The notes under the pieces are model-generated. The model ran no database searches. It worked only from the letters and a program-made list of their open reading frames with translations, and had not been told where the DNA came from. Source: Rhodosorus marinus CCMP1338 (lineage: Eukaryota > Plantae > Rhodophyta). Taken from it: a DNA stretch of 64,000 bases. Position numbers and translations under genes: made by a program. Every line of letters starts with the position of its first letter. Within the stretch, counting starts at the first letter, position 1. The stretch lies in assembly GCA_029953675.1 (NCBI GenBank), contig JAMWBK010000013.1:372001-436000 (forward strand), given 5' to 3'. Of the stretch, positions 36,831-48,061 are shown one piece after another.

Positions 36831-37396
36831 TAGGTGGGGGGGTCAGGAAATTTCGCCCTCATCCTATGATGACCATTGCTAGCTTCGTACGGCATCTGAT
36901 GCATGTGGCGTCCAGTACAATGCAAGTAATCAGCGCCTAAATCTTCTTGCCCGCGGGTTCAGTTCTTCGCTTAGAATAGTTCTCGTTTATTCGTCCCGTA
37001 CTATCTAAAATATTGCAAGCAGCCAGCTGTTCAAGCTTCAGATTCCTTTGAAAGGCTTAAAGAAGAGGCCTCCCTTCTTTTTTTTTGGTGCTATAACTGT
37101 AGCTCTCCTGAAAAGTTGAATCAAGTTTTACACCTTCTATACGCTTGAAGTGTACGATCCTGTTATGTTATTCTCGGTTAACGAACAATGATTAATCTAT
37201 GTGCACGGTGCCTTTTTGGTTGGATGGCTTCCTTCCCCAGTAGATTGATGGAAGCGCACTTGAAAAAAGAAAACAAATCACTGCGTTCCTCTCCGCCAGA
37301 GGCAAAAGTTCAGCTGCCACGCGACGCGGGATCTATCACCGCAAGCATCAATCTTGGAATACTCGATGAAATCGACACCCGCGGACTGCAAGTAGA

Positions 37397-39502
37397 TCAC
37401 GCTTTCTTGTGCTTGTTGTGCAATGTCCGGAGGAAGACGTAAGCAAGTAGTCTGAGGCCGGCTATCCATGCTATCATGATTCCCCAGTTTCCCCATACGC
37501 CAAGGTTGAAGGTCAGGTCGTACGTCTCGTACACATACACATCCTCAATTGGGCAACCCAACTGGAACTCGGTCGGTGGGTCCGGGGGCGTGTTGCAGGT
37601 GTAGGTCTGCCCATTGAACTCGTTCAGCATCAATGCCGCAAATGAGTAGACGACGAAAGACAGGTACTGCACCCAGCGAATCCAGGAAGGCAGGTTCTCC
37701 GTGGCAACATAGAAGCCAGCAACCATCAGCGAGGCGAGCATTACCACAGATGCAAGAACGGTCGCCTTCTGGACATTCATCACGGCAACTGAAATCGCTA
37801 GCCCAAACGATTGCGCCACTAGTACGTTTGTAACCAACAGCAACAGGTAAACAAAGAACCGGTCGATGTTGGGATTCAGTCCCACCAGCCAGTAAACGAT
37901 GGAGCCCCAAACGATCGGATATATTACGTCGAGAGGAACCTCAGCAGTTGACTTGGCCAAGAAATAAGCGGAGAGCCGGTACGCTCCCGAGGAGCGATCC
38001 TTTCGAATGACCGCCTTCTCGGTAGGGAACGCATACGTCGCTGAGAGCATTGTGAAAAAGCCCCAGAAGATACACGCGAAGAACAGGTTCCCGACTCGGT
38101 CATTGATGGTTGCTTCAGTCTCGGGCATACGAAACCAAACGATTCCAACCAACACGAGCGTGCAGCATAGGTGGATGATAGGCCAAATCTCCGTGACCTG
38201 TCCACGCTTCTGTCGAAAGGCCCGCTGCGATAAATTGCGGAACTGCGTGTTCCAGGAGGTCGCATATTTTCGATCGTCATCCCAGCTGACGTCTTCAACG
38301 GGTTCTGAGCGGCCCATAGACTCCATGAAATTGGACGGCAAGCTTCGAACTGATTTTACCACGCTGTGGAAGGAACTCACGACGCTGTCGGTAAAAAATC
38401 GACGAGTGCTCGACTTCTCGTTGTCAAACTCTGTGTGATCCAGGAACAGTCCCTTCTCCTCCTCCTTCCAAGCCTCAACGAGCTTCGCCTTGAGCGGTTG
38501 AGTACCGTGCAGGTCTTCGTCAGTAAGCAGCTGCATATAGAAATCCGCTAGATTGTATCCAAATGGACACTCCATGCCCAGTTTCGAAAAATATTTGAAG
38601 GCGTCTTTGGCATCTCCGAAGAATACGGAGTTTCCCTCGCTTAGCAGCAGCAGCTTGTCAAATTCCTGGAACATCTGGCTGCTTGGCTGGTGGATCGTAG
38701 TCACCACTGTCTTTCCGTCGAGGGAGAGCCTCTTAAGAATCTTGACAACAGTAAGGGCGGTGTTTGAGTCCAGCCCGGAAGTGGGTTCGTCCAAGAGTAT
38801 CACATACGGGTCAGTAAGCAGCTCGTTTGCGATACCCACCCGCTTGCGCTCGCCACCAGAAATACCCTTGTTGAAGAGCCCATCGCCAATTTTCGTGTTC
38901 GCCGTTTTCTGAAGGTTGAGTTTGTCCAGGACAACATCAACGCGCGCGTCCTTCTCAGGAACGGTCATGCTGTCGGGCAAGCGCACGTGAGCGGTAAAAG
39001 TCAAAACCTCATTGACCGTCAAGTTGGAGAAGAACAAATCCTCCTGAGTTACATAAGCCACCTTCCTCCTTGTCCTCTTATCCCTCTGCTTTCCACCAAA
39101 CAGGAGTTCCCCTTCGGACGGCTGACCCAACCTCCCCGCCAATATGTTCAATAGAGTTGTCTTGCCGCTGCCACTTGGCCCCATTACGGCCAGCATTTCA
39201 CCTGGCCGTACATAGCCACTAATTCCATGTAAAATCTCCTTGCTGTTGGAACCTTTCTTCCTCATCCAACGCAGACATCCTTCACTACCCGTATTTACAT
39301 CTACATTCACCTCATACTTAACATCTTTGAAATACAAGCTCACCCCCTTCTTCTTGCTGACGGCCTCATACGAATCTTCCGCAAGGCTCTCCACGTCAAG
39401 TGCAATATCTCCTTCAGAATCACTCAACTCCAGCTCAGGATTCACAGGAGGCGAATCCTTGGAAACCGTTGAGTCGTTAACCGACTCGGTCCCAACCGCC
39501 AT
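37397..39502 (-). CDS. ABC transporter G family (White-type half transporter)
   Basis: Intronless 701 aa in NBD-TMD order: Walker A GPSGSGKTT, signature ISGGERKRV, LLDEPTSGLD, TIHQPSS, then six TM helices. Confidence 0.95.
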   Translation of the reverse strand: MAVGTESVNDSTVSKDSPPVNPELELSDSEGDIALDVESLAEDSYEAVSKKKGVSLYFKDVKYEVNVDVNTGSEGCLRWMRKKGSNSKEILHGISGYVRPGEMLAVMGPSGSGKTTLLNILAGRLGQPSEGELLFGGKQRDKRTRRKVAYVTQEDLFFSNLTVNEVLTFTAHVRLPDSMTVPEKDARVDVVLDKLNLQKTANTKIGDGLFNKGISGGERKRVGIANELLTDPYVILLDEPTSGLDSNTALTVVKILKRLSLDGKTVVTTIHQPSSQMFQEFDKLLLLSEGNSVFFGDAKDAFKYFSKLGMECPFGYNLADFYMQLLTDEDLHGTQPLKAKLVEAWKEEEKGLFLDHTEFDNEKSSTRRFFTDSVVSSFHSVVKSVRSLPSNFMESMGRSEPVEDVSWDDDRKYATSWNTQFRNLSQRAFRQKRGQVTEIWPIIHLCCTLVLVGIVWFRMPETEATINDRVGNLFFACIFWGFFTMLSATYAFPTEKAVIRKDRSSGAYRLSAYFLAKSTAEVPLDVIYPIVWGSIVYWLVGLNPNIDRFFVYLLLLVTNVLVAQSFGLAISVAVMNVQKATVLASVVMLASLMVAGFYVATENLPSWIRWVQYLSFVVYSFAALMLNEFNGQTYTCNTPPDPPTEFQLGCPIEDVYVYETYDLTFNLGVWGNWGIMIAWIAGLRLLAYVFLRTLHNKHKKA

Positions 39503-39716
39503 CCTCAGCTTTCACACCAAGCCCACTACAAAAAAAAACCAAGCCCCCCACCAAGAAGAAAAACCACCCAAAACTCTCCTCTTCTATCCTCTAACAACCA
39601 CAAACTTCTATACCTTCCAAATTTCCCTCACCCCTCGGTACCATCCCTTCCTTCCCGCTCCTCCCTCTCCTCCCTCTCCTCCAACTCCCCCCCCAGGTGA
39701 CTAAGTACACCCCATC

Positions 39717-39759
<43 letters not shown>
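39717..39759. repeat. Compound (CA)n(TA)n microsatellite
   Basis: Directly visible upstream of the ABCG start. Confidence 0.9.
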
Positions 39760-39764
<5 letters not shown>

Positions 39765-41183
39765 TAATAATATATGAAAGTACAGAAACTATCCCTGCAA
39801 GACACTCCAAAACGACCTTGAAAATCGTTCCGCTTTCTCGAAGAGCAAAAAATCAAAAAAAATCATGTTGAAAAGAACTGTATCTAAATACAAAGAGAAA
39901 ACAAAACTCCGTTTTATCGTTCGATTTGATTGATTGGTTGAAATCTATTTCCAACAGGGAGAATTTTTTTCTATAGGTCCAAAAGAGTCCTCAAAATATC
40001 GTTTTTTTCTCGTAAAATAGAATGGGAGGTAAATTTTTTTCTAAACGCGAACCCTGTTTAATTTTTGTGAAGGGCCTATGGCAATCTAGCGTTCTGGTGT
40101 AGTATTCATAAATACGTATATTTATAGGCTGGAATTTTTTTGTGTTCCGCCAAGGATCGAGATGTGAATAACGGCATGTAGTTGCTGTACCAATAGGATA
40201 CTTTAATTAGACAAAGTTTTGCTCATTTAGTAATTGTTTTTGGTATAAGCGGGATTCGCAGTTCTTTACGTTTTGATATTTTTTTCGTCAATTTTTGATT
40301 CTCCCCATGTTGAGCGAATAGTTTCCATCTATATTTATTTAGATTTAGATGTGTTTTCTTGGTGAGCGGAAACTTTTGGAGGCCTTTTGTGGGAATCATT
40401 GGTGTGGGGGTGGGTTCGGGATGAGGTTGAGGTCTCGAGTCTGGTGAGCGAGCTACTCCAGCTCGTGCCTTTGATGCGTATAGAGGAAAAAGCTCTTGGT
40501 ATGTTCTTGGAGGCGGTTGAAATTCATGCTGCTCAGGGCTTTGTGCAACTTTGTCGCAAGTTTTGGAATCAACCCTCCGCCAGCAGTTCCTTTTCCAACC
40601 TCTGGTCTCGCTGGGGTTGACAAAAGTGGTCTTTACGTACTTTTGAGCTGGCCACGGCTCGAAACCCACTGACTTCAGCTTATCTTGAACCTCGGTAAAT
40701 TTTATGGGGCGGCGTTGTTACGTCTATCCCAACCGAGCGACGACCCGTAATCTTTTTGGTCACGCCGCTGTCCAACCCTAACAGAATTTCCTACGCCCAG
40801 ATCCTGTACGGAATTTGATGCTACTTCCAAAGACGTCTGCTCCATTTGTTTTTTCCTCCTGCCCCGTGTTTTAGGTTCTAGAATACGTTGCCTGCTCTCG
40901 AGGAGCATGGCAACACCGGAACTTCTTCGTCCTGTTGCTGCTGTGCTGGAAGATCTCCGCAGTATCAAAACTACAGCTGCTGAGGAGTGTTTTCGGAGGT
41001 AGGACAACGTTTGGAACTTCGCTCTGCTCGGTGGCCGAGTAGGTCAAGTGAATAACATTCCAAGGACCACGTATGGTCCAGAAACTCGTTGACGTTGAGG
41101 TCGAGGGACATGGGTAGTGACGACGTGAGATTTTCGCCTGCATCACTAGGAGCTCAATAGTTGTTGCTATCCTAGGACACAGC

Positions 41184-42558
41184 ATGACTTCTCGCCTTCC
41201 ACAACCGCTGCGCAATGCCCTGCAGAAGCGGCTCTGTCTTGACGGTGGCCTGTCTACGACACTTGAAAATCTCGGAGCTGACCTGTCTCAAGGGTCCCTA
41301 TGGTCTGCACGGCTAATACGGGACAATCCAGATCTGATAGTGAGGGTCCATCAGAGCTTTCTGGAAGCAGGAGCAGATATTATTGGTTCGGCAACCTACC
41401 AGGTTAGCCAGGCGGTCCTGGTCCTCCCCAACAGGCATGTGGGTGAACAGGATATTCATCACCTGCAGTTTTTATTGATTTCCGTTTGCAGTGCTCACTG
41501 GAGAAAATGATGGAAGAGTTCGGCGTGGACAGGCCTCAAGCCGAAGAGTATATACGCCTTGGAGTTCGTCTCGCCAAACAGGCCGTGAGCGAATATAGCA
41601 GAAAGTCCGGAAGGGAAGCATTTGTTGCTGCTGCTCTGGGTTCATATGGTGCGATCCTCGCCGATGGGTCGGAATATCGAGGCAACTACGGGGTGTCTTC
41701 TGGTACGTAGAACCGTCCAACGCAACGCGTCCGTTCTTCGAAGCACATTTCGGAAAGTCTCTAGAGACGTAGTCCTGTCCACAGCAACCGATCCCGTCCT
41801 CACCGCCCCGCTCCGTCCTCCGCAGAGCAACTTGAGAGAATCCATACAGAGCGCGTGAGATGCGCACTGTTGGAGTCGCCCGATCTGGTGGCCTTCGAAA
41901 CGATTCCTGATAATGAGGAAGTCAGAACCATTCTACGGTTAATGGAAGCAAATTTCTCGGATACGCCTTTCTGGGTCTCTTTACAATGCCAAAGCGAATC
42001 GCAGTTAGCGGATGGGTGAGGCCTGCCCGATCAACCCCAGACCAGAGATGGCTTGCATCAATCGAGCTTGAAAGCATGTCCCCACCAGAAAGACTGTAGT
42101 CCTTTTCTTATCTTGGACTGAAATCGAACGAGCACGTAAATCGTCCAGGAGCAATTTGGATACGATATCGGCATACATCAAGCAGCTGCCGCCGAGGTCT
42201 ATGGTTGCTATAGGTGTGAACTGCGTCCAGCCGGAGTTGGTTCGTCCGGTCATAGAGCGAATCCGATCGGGCTTGGGTGGCAACACGCAGATCTTGACAG
42301 TGTGCTACCCGAATTCTGGCGAAGTTTGGGAAGAGGTGGACGCCTCCAACCTGACACCGCAGTTTAAGCTGTTTTCGGGTCACTCACAGTATCCGCGTTT
42401 TATTCGGCGCCACTGAATAGGGATGGAAGCACGCTGACGGCAAGACACCATCGCCAGAGGAGTGGTCCAACATGGTCGCGCAGAGCGGAGCAGATATTGT
42501 TGGAGGCTGCTGTAGGACTGCAACAAGTCATATTCGGTTCCTGAGAGAGCTCCTCTAG
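41184..42558 (+). CDS. Homocysteine S-methyltransferase (HMT/MmuM), multi-exon
   Basis: LDGGLSTTLE, LWSARL, VHQSFLEAGADII.SATYQ, GSYGAILADGSEYRGNY, DLVAFETIP, IGVNC, YPNSGE and the final exon GADIVGGCCRT (Zn ligands), ending TAG at 42556-42558. Confidence 0.92.
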
Positions 42559-42744
42559 CAGCACCTCCGGGAGCACTCTGTTTGGAATACCAATTCCTCT
42601 GATCAGCACAATAGATGAAAAACGCAGATCAAGCCAGCCTTGACGAAAATATTATCTCGCTTTATTTATTTACGCGAATGCGCTCCACAGTCAGCCCGTA
42701 TCACACATTTTGAGGGTTCAGTAACCGGAGCACCCTTAAAATAC

Positions 42745-43171
42745 TTAGCGGTAGGACTCTACGTTTGTGTGAAACATTGATACTTGAGCACCGACTTGCT
42801 CAAACACCTTCTTGCCGCCTTTGTGGAAGTGGAAAGTGGGCATCGCGGATATTTCCGCTTTTCTAGCAACGTCCGTGAGCTCGTCGACATCTACTTGATA
42901 GAACTTCACCCCTTTCCTCAAATTCTCCGGGTCCTCGGACGCCTTTTCCACCTCCGGACTCATCACCTTGCACGGTCCACACCATACGGCATAAAAATCA
43001 ATCACCGTCTAGAGATCATGGAAAAAAAAAAAAAAGCGCGCCGCGTCAGCAAACAACCACAAGACCACAAAACCGATCCGCAGGGGGGAAAAATCCCTCT
43101 CTTCATAATTGCTCCTCTGTCCGCCTCGAATCCAATACACTTACCAGATTCTCCGAATCAATCGCAGCCAT
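42745..43171 (-). CDS. Thioredoxin (WCGPC), spliced; 3' end unresolved
   Basis: Exon 1 is MAAIDSENL (43171-43145, GTAAGT donor), then TVIDFYAVWCGPCK...VDVDE...ISAMPTFHFHKGGKK...VGAQ. A further GTATCA donor suggests a short last exon. Confidence 0.88.
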
Positions 43172-44076
43172 GTACTCCTCCATACTCGTAATCTTCTGTA
43201 CGCCCATTCTGGTTATAGTGCTTCTGAACGATCTTACAAAACAACTTCCTCTTGTCAATACGGATCGTGATCCCATAAAATTCTTTCACTTACACTCGCT
43301 TCTCTCGAGCCCTGCCCTACCACAACTTCTACTCTCGCTACTCTCTTTATATACTGACCGGCCCACCAGCCCAGCCCTCCCGAAGCCCATACTCCCGGAC
43401 TACTAGTACACACTCATCGATCAAGCGAAAACGCCTCAATCGGCATCGAATTCATAGGACAGCTGGATATCTCCTAAAATAAATAAATTTCAATAACATC
43501 GTGCGCTTCCGGAGCACAACTGTATCGTGATTTTATAATATACCATACAGAATATTCAATAAGTTTACTTTTAGGAGGTAATTTTAATGTACTCGTTAAA
43601 GCTTAGCTCTTTTTATTAATTTTGAGAAATGCGATAGGGTACAACGATTTATTCTAAAGGTATTTGGTTAAAGTATTGCATTTTCGTATATTTTTTGCTC
43701 TCCACTTGTTCTTATGGTTATCCGAAGGGGGGGTTGAGAAGAAGTTTCTAGTCTACCTTTTAGTTTGCTCAGGACTTGATTTGAAGGAATTCGGGATTCG
43801 GGAAGGTTCCTGTAAAGGGTAGAAAATGTTATTTTCTTAATGTGCACGAGGTTTGATATGGTTTTGTGAAAATTTCTGCCGCTGTTCTTAATTTTTTTAA
43901 AATAGGGGGGAGCAGGTTGGTCGTGGAGGCTCTCGCTCGTCTGGCGTTTCCTTTCGTAGTGAGTTTTCATCGCTCGTACAATGACTGATGTCATTCGACT
44001 GGCACGCTGCTTACGAACGAAACGAATGGGCAGGATCGTCGGACGTGCATGTTTGGACGTAGAGCAAGATCGTGAT

Positions 44077-44481
44077 CTAGGATGATCCATTCGTTTCCTT
44101 GTACGCGTCGAAGAATCCTTTCCCCCTCTCACTGGTGGGCTTGCAACTACGTGCAAACCATCTCTTTCGGTCAACGTCGAGAGGTGAAGCAGGTTTCGTG
44201 AAATCCTCAGATGCAAAGTTAACAAAGGAAGCATCATGGCTCTCCCGTAAATCTCTGGATAGCAGTACTGTCCATCCAACAGTCCAGACCAACTCGGACC
44301 GAGTAAAAGTCAGCCCAGGAGGCAGAACCGGACACCGCTGATTGAACTGGCTCCACCACACCTGACTCTGCAAAAAAAAATTTGTCTATATACCCCTACC
44401 CCTAACCTTTAGTGCCTATTTCTCTAGCCGCGGTTTGCACCCTCCCTACACCCATGCACATACTCTTCCGTATTTCTTCAT
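44077..44481 (-). CDS. Possible small two-exon hypothetical protein (~102 aa)
   Basis: ATG at 44481 (MKKYGR), GTATGT donor at 44463 and a T-rich CAG acceptor at 44368 join in frame to the 44077-44373 ORF. No homology recognised. Confidence 0.35.
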
Positions 44482-44853
44482 TTTATGAGGAAAACGGACA
44501 TATAAGAAAACAACTCCAGCCCCTTATGTAAAAGCTCACATTACGAACAGTTGTTGTTAAGGGGGAGTGGAAGTAGAAAACCCCTTGTATCGCTCATTTT
44601 GCTCGGGATTCAAAAATATTTTTGCATTCAAAACAAAGTTTTGGAAAAAATTGAAATATGTGGACAACCAACGACGACTCGGGTTTTCAGGGTTTTTTAG
44701 GTGTTGTTAATAGCTATGTTCAGGGAGAGGAGGGGATGGGGTTGGAGAAGGGGGGGGAAGGGGAAATGAGATGAGAGCAGGGGAGTTTTGGGACTTGGCG
44801 TTGGAGGAAAGGAAGATTGAGAGGACAAATTCTGGTAGGTATATTCAGGACAA

Positions 44854-45990
44854 GTGGCAAGTGTATTGGTGAGTTTGTGTGGGATCGTTGTCGCTACCAC
44901 TGTTTTCCGGCTGCTTAGAGTTTTGTCAAGAAGCTGTGAATCGGAAGAGGTTGAGTTGGACAGGACTGCAGCGAAGATGGACAGACGTGGTCCCAGGTAC
45001 GATTTTGGTGGCGTAGATACTAATGGTTCTCTGGACACAGCGGGCCCAACATTCACCGTCAGTGGTATTGATGATTACACTGGATATGACGATTACAGTG
45101 GTGTGAACCAAGTAGTCAAGGATGTAGAGAATGATAAAGATACTACGGCAGCAACCAATGGCAGCATGGAAAATGGCGGTGGGGAGCTTGTTGAGCGTCT
45201 AGAGGCGCTTGATCTGCAGGCGTCGAACCTGGAGGACCTGCAACTGGCTGGTGTGGTGACCAGAAAGGCGTGTGCAATTGTGCTTAGGGATTACAACTCC
45301 GACGAAGACGATTCAGATGAGGATGAAGAAGATGGACGTTTGATCAGCGAGAAGTATTATCACGACAACGGAAATCCAAAGTTTTACAAGACGTTCCAGA
45401 AGCTGTATTCCAGAGGCGAGCCGTGGGATCGCGTTGTTGAGGAGAAGCATTTCGACGTCGACGGAGTTTGTCGAATGGATGTACATTTCGCCCTGGGCCA
45501 GCCGTATTTGTACAGGAAGCACTACTATCCGAACCAGCGCCTCAAGTCAGAGTCCGTTTTTTGGGTTGAGGATGAGAAGTCCCTCAAATGCAGAAAGATC
45601 GGATGGTGGAGGACCTACTACGATACTGGAAACGTAAAGTCCGAGATTCAGTACAATGACAAGGGGGTTAGAATCGGATTTGCAAAGCGCTATGGCCACG
45701 ATGGTACCATCGAATGGGTGAGGGACTACACTAAGGACTACGAGGATAAGCTATGGTCGTTTAATGATCGAAAGGGCAAACTGGTCTTCAGCGAAGTGGA
45801 CGCTGCGCAGATGCTTGGCTTTGAGGGGATACCGAAGACTATGTCTGAGGTTAACTCAAGATACCGTCAGCTCTGTGCTCCTTTGCATCCTGATAAGAAG
45901 CCCGAGCCGGAGTCGACGGAGCAGTTCATTCGCCTTTCACGAGCGCGGGATGTTCTGAAAGAGTATTTTGAGAAGAAGGGAGAATACTGA
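44854..45990 (+). CDS. Membrane-anchored MORN-variant repeat protein with a C-terminal J-domain
   Basis: Intronless 378 aa. It has an N-terminal hydrophobic anchor, an acidic stretch, YYxNG/YYDTG-type repeats (EKYYHDNGNPK, KHYYPNQRLKSE, RTYYDTGNVKSEIQY, KRYGHDG) and a J-domain (AAQMLGF...EVNSRYRQLCAPLHPDK...EQFIRLSRARDVL) with an intact HPD. Confidence 0.85.
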   Translation: MASVLVSLCGIVVATTVFRLLRVLSRSCESEEVELDRTAAKMDRRGPRYDFGGVDTNGSLDTAGPTFTVSGIDDYTGYDDYSGVNQVVKDVENDKDTTAATNGSMENGGGELVERLEALDLQASNLEDLQLAGVVTRKACAIVLRDYNSDEDDSDEDEEDGRLISEKYYHDNGNPKFYKTFQKLYSRGEPWDRVVEEKHFDVDGVCRMDVHFALGQPYLYRKHYYPNQRLKSESVFWVEDEKSLKCRKIGWWRTYYDTGNVKSEIQYNDKGVRIGFAKRYGHDGTIEWVRDYTKDYEDKLWSFNDRKGKLVFSEVDAAQMLGFEGIPKTMSEVNSRYRQLCAPLHPDKKPEPESTEQFIRLSRARDVLKEYFEKKGEY

Positions 45991-46416
45991 TTCAGTCATC
46001 CATTCACGTATCCGGTTTTGGTTATGCTCCTTCGACGATTGACAATAAGAAGAATTTGGGTATCCTCGTAGCAACTCGTTGCGCAAGGCGAGGGCAGCGG
46101 AAGAAACTTGGCGAGCTGATCAAAGGCCTGGTACATACGTCCGCAACTTCTAGAGGTGTATTATCGTCTTTGCAAAAGCTCTCGCTTGAACCCTTGACTA
46201 CGTTTGCTGAGTATTTATGATTAATACGATACGTGACGCTGAGATCGCTTCCTAGCAGTTTTTCGGTGAGGAGAGCAAGTGAGACGATCTCGCGGGATAT
46301 GATCAGAAAAGGTAATTTTTTTTTCTTTTTTCGAGCAGCCGGAGTTGACTACTCAGGCTTCCCCTTTGCTCGGATCTTGAGCGGGTTCCACATGTTCTCT
46401 CGCCTCCTACCCTTTC

Positions 46417-47329
46417 CTAAGCGGTGATCGCGTGCTCCTTCCAGTACTCGACAGACTTCATATAATCCTCACGTGAAATAGGAACTCCGCTGCCACCCTG
46501 CGATATTAGCTCGTTTCTCATGACAGTTATAGGTGACATTGGCAGCTCGAAGGGCACCTCCTGGGCTTTGATACTTATAAGACCCCAGGGCGCATCCTGA
46601 GGAAGAAGGCGGTTCGCTTAACGGCTCAATCCATAGCTTGCAGTAGAGTTGAGGCTCTGGGCTCCGCATGATATTCATGCTGGCCGAAACGAACGCACCG
46701 ACTTTGGCTTGTCCTTTCCCATAGCCACACTTTCCTTGTTTATCTGCTCTCGTGAGTACAGGATAAGGTCAAAATAGCTTGCCGGAGGTGGGGAGACGGA
46801 ACCCTTGGGGAAGTATCGGACCAGTACAGGCAATTCCTTCTCAGACCTGCTCTCATATCTCGTCCTCAGCAAGTGCTCGTTGTCCTTTGTGATCGCAACA
46901 GCCCCTGCATACCAACCACTGAAAGAGTCAGACTTGGGGCAGGGGCAATCGAACATACGCGCTCGACTTACCGCATGTAATCGAATCGCCTACAAAGTTG
47001 GGCATGAATAAATGTTTGCAAAATGGCGCATATCCATCCACCAGCACTGGTCGGTCCTGAAATTCCTGAAGATGAGGTCACGTTCGAGAGAAGCAGTGAG
47101 GGCTAGACATAATGGAAGCCCTGCTCGTTGAGGATGGCTATTAGAGTTTGACATCGATTGTCAGCTGATCCCACTTGGAAGAACCTACTTGCTGTACTTT
47201 CACCCGTTCGGTGTAATAGTCGTTGACCTTCTCCTCGAAGTCCTTTTTGTCGTAGCTGATCCTTGTTCCCGCATATGTCGGGTCGTCAAACTGGCGAAAT
47301 GCAAATTCATCAAGTTCGATCTCCACCAT
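46417..47329 (-). CDS. DUF3228 family protein, multi-exon
   Basis: LDEFAFRQFDD, GYAPFCKHLFMPNF, LLRTRYESRSEKELPVLVRYF, DLILYSREQINKE, APWGLISIKAQ and PMSPITVMRN...GGSGVPISREDYMKSVEYW match my recollection of this family. The assignment is not database-verified. Confidence 0.75.
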
Positions 47330-48061
47330 GCTTCGTATCTTACGATATGTAGCGAGACGGCGCACTCCCCCTCGCATTTCCGAACGCTTTCCAATCCTGC
47401 TCAGATGCATGCCATGGGCTCCATTACCTCTCAAGGATTCCTGCTCATGAACTATCTCTCCGACCAGGCAGCAACGAGAGCCGGATGAGAAGGGGGTTTG
47501 AGAACTTAGGACCAGTCTAGCCTCGATCGGATAGGGATAAGCGCAGAGCGAATTAGCACTATATCTACTAGGATGGATGGGTATCCACCCTACGGTGTCG
47601 GTGCTCGTTCCCGATTCATCGCCTTCGTTGAATTCACTATTTTAAATAGAATTTTTGACGTATTTGTGATTCTACAAATGATATTTCGTTAGAACTTTCC
47701 CGAAACGTGATAATTGGATGACTGCATCCAGTTTTTCTAGTATTTTTCTCAGTGCCCCCTTGATTGGTGATTGACTTCAGCACTACAGTGGGACTGTTGG
47801 GATTGTGGGACGTGACCGAAGCAAACTGGTGAAGCTCGCCAGCACCCTAGCTAGAAAGATGCTTCTGAGAAGCTTTTCTGCCCGAGCTATCGTACCCTAT
47901 TCAATCTCAAACTGGCTGTTTTAGTCAGATTCGGTTGGTGTCTCTGAAGGTCGGCAGTACAACGTTTTTTGAGGCCTTCTTAAGAGCGTGTGGGAAGGGC
48001 AAGTGTCTGGGGGACGAGTTGGTCTGTTCCTCATTCGTTTGTATCTTTGTAGTCCGGGGAA

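Noticed and set aside
36380-36940. ORFs 36380-36940, 36460-36882 and 36627-36833 as proteins
   Set aside because: They are open only because the repeat unit lacks stops. The 44/45/89-bp periods are not codon-preserving, so the same peptides cycle through all three frames.
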